A stretch of DNA of 64,000 nucleotides from an uncultured Solibacteraceae bacterium. GTDB lineage: Bacteria > Acidobacteriota > Terriglobia > Bryobacterales > Bryobacteraceae. The stretch lies in assembly GCA_964427655.1 (NCBI GenBank), contig CAYRWE010000002.1:1464-65463 (forward strand), read 5' to 3'. The notes beneath the pieces are model-generated. The model was not told the origin of the DNA and searched no databases. It saw nothing but the letters and a program-made list of their open reading frames with translations. Within the stretch, counting starts at the first letter, position 1. Each line of letters starts with the position of its first letter. A program made the translations under genes and the position numbers. Of this stretch, positions 63,958-64,000 are shown in pieces.

Positions 63958-64000
63958 GGCTGTCTCCCTCGGCTCATCCGGGCTGGCGCCCTCCTGCTCG

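Overview
High-GC (~65-70% in sampled lines) bacterial chromosome segment. The gene content (many ECF sigma/anti-sigma pairs, TPR and PEP-CTERM proteins, HME-RND efflux) suggests Acidobacteriota, but that is inference only. Most of the window is housekeeping: lipA, rsmA, glgA, trxA, gpsA-plsY-thpR, treZ plus a GDE-type debranching enzyme, a complete 13-gene nuoA-N operon with fused nuoCD (32.9-47.1 kb), miaA, an M16 peptidase pair, xerD, rluB and scpB. Accessory content includes a higBA-like TA pair cut by the left edge, a czcCBA-like metal efflux operon, two ECF sigma modules, and a convergent pair of LuxR-type regulators. There is also a ~2.6 kb A/T-richer islet (29.5-32.1 kb) carrying an endonuclease-VII/HTH gene, two short tandem-repeat arrays, hicBA and an orphan PEP-CTERM protein. 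I found no rRNA, tRNA or CRISPR, and no convincing complete novel multi-gene system. The signals I rate highest follow. (1) A ~25-nt hairpin element recurs at the 3' ends of unrelated genes and encodes the stop codon and last residues of NuoN, MiaA and a methyltransferase. (2) An iteron-like 14-16-nt repeat array lies in the islet. (3) Two convergent LuxR regulators share a 16-aa stretch of the HTH domain that is identical in protein but diverged at synonymous sites. All functional calls come from motif recognition by eye on the supplied translations; no database search was run.
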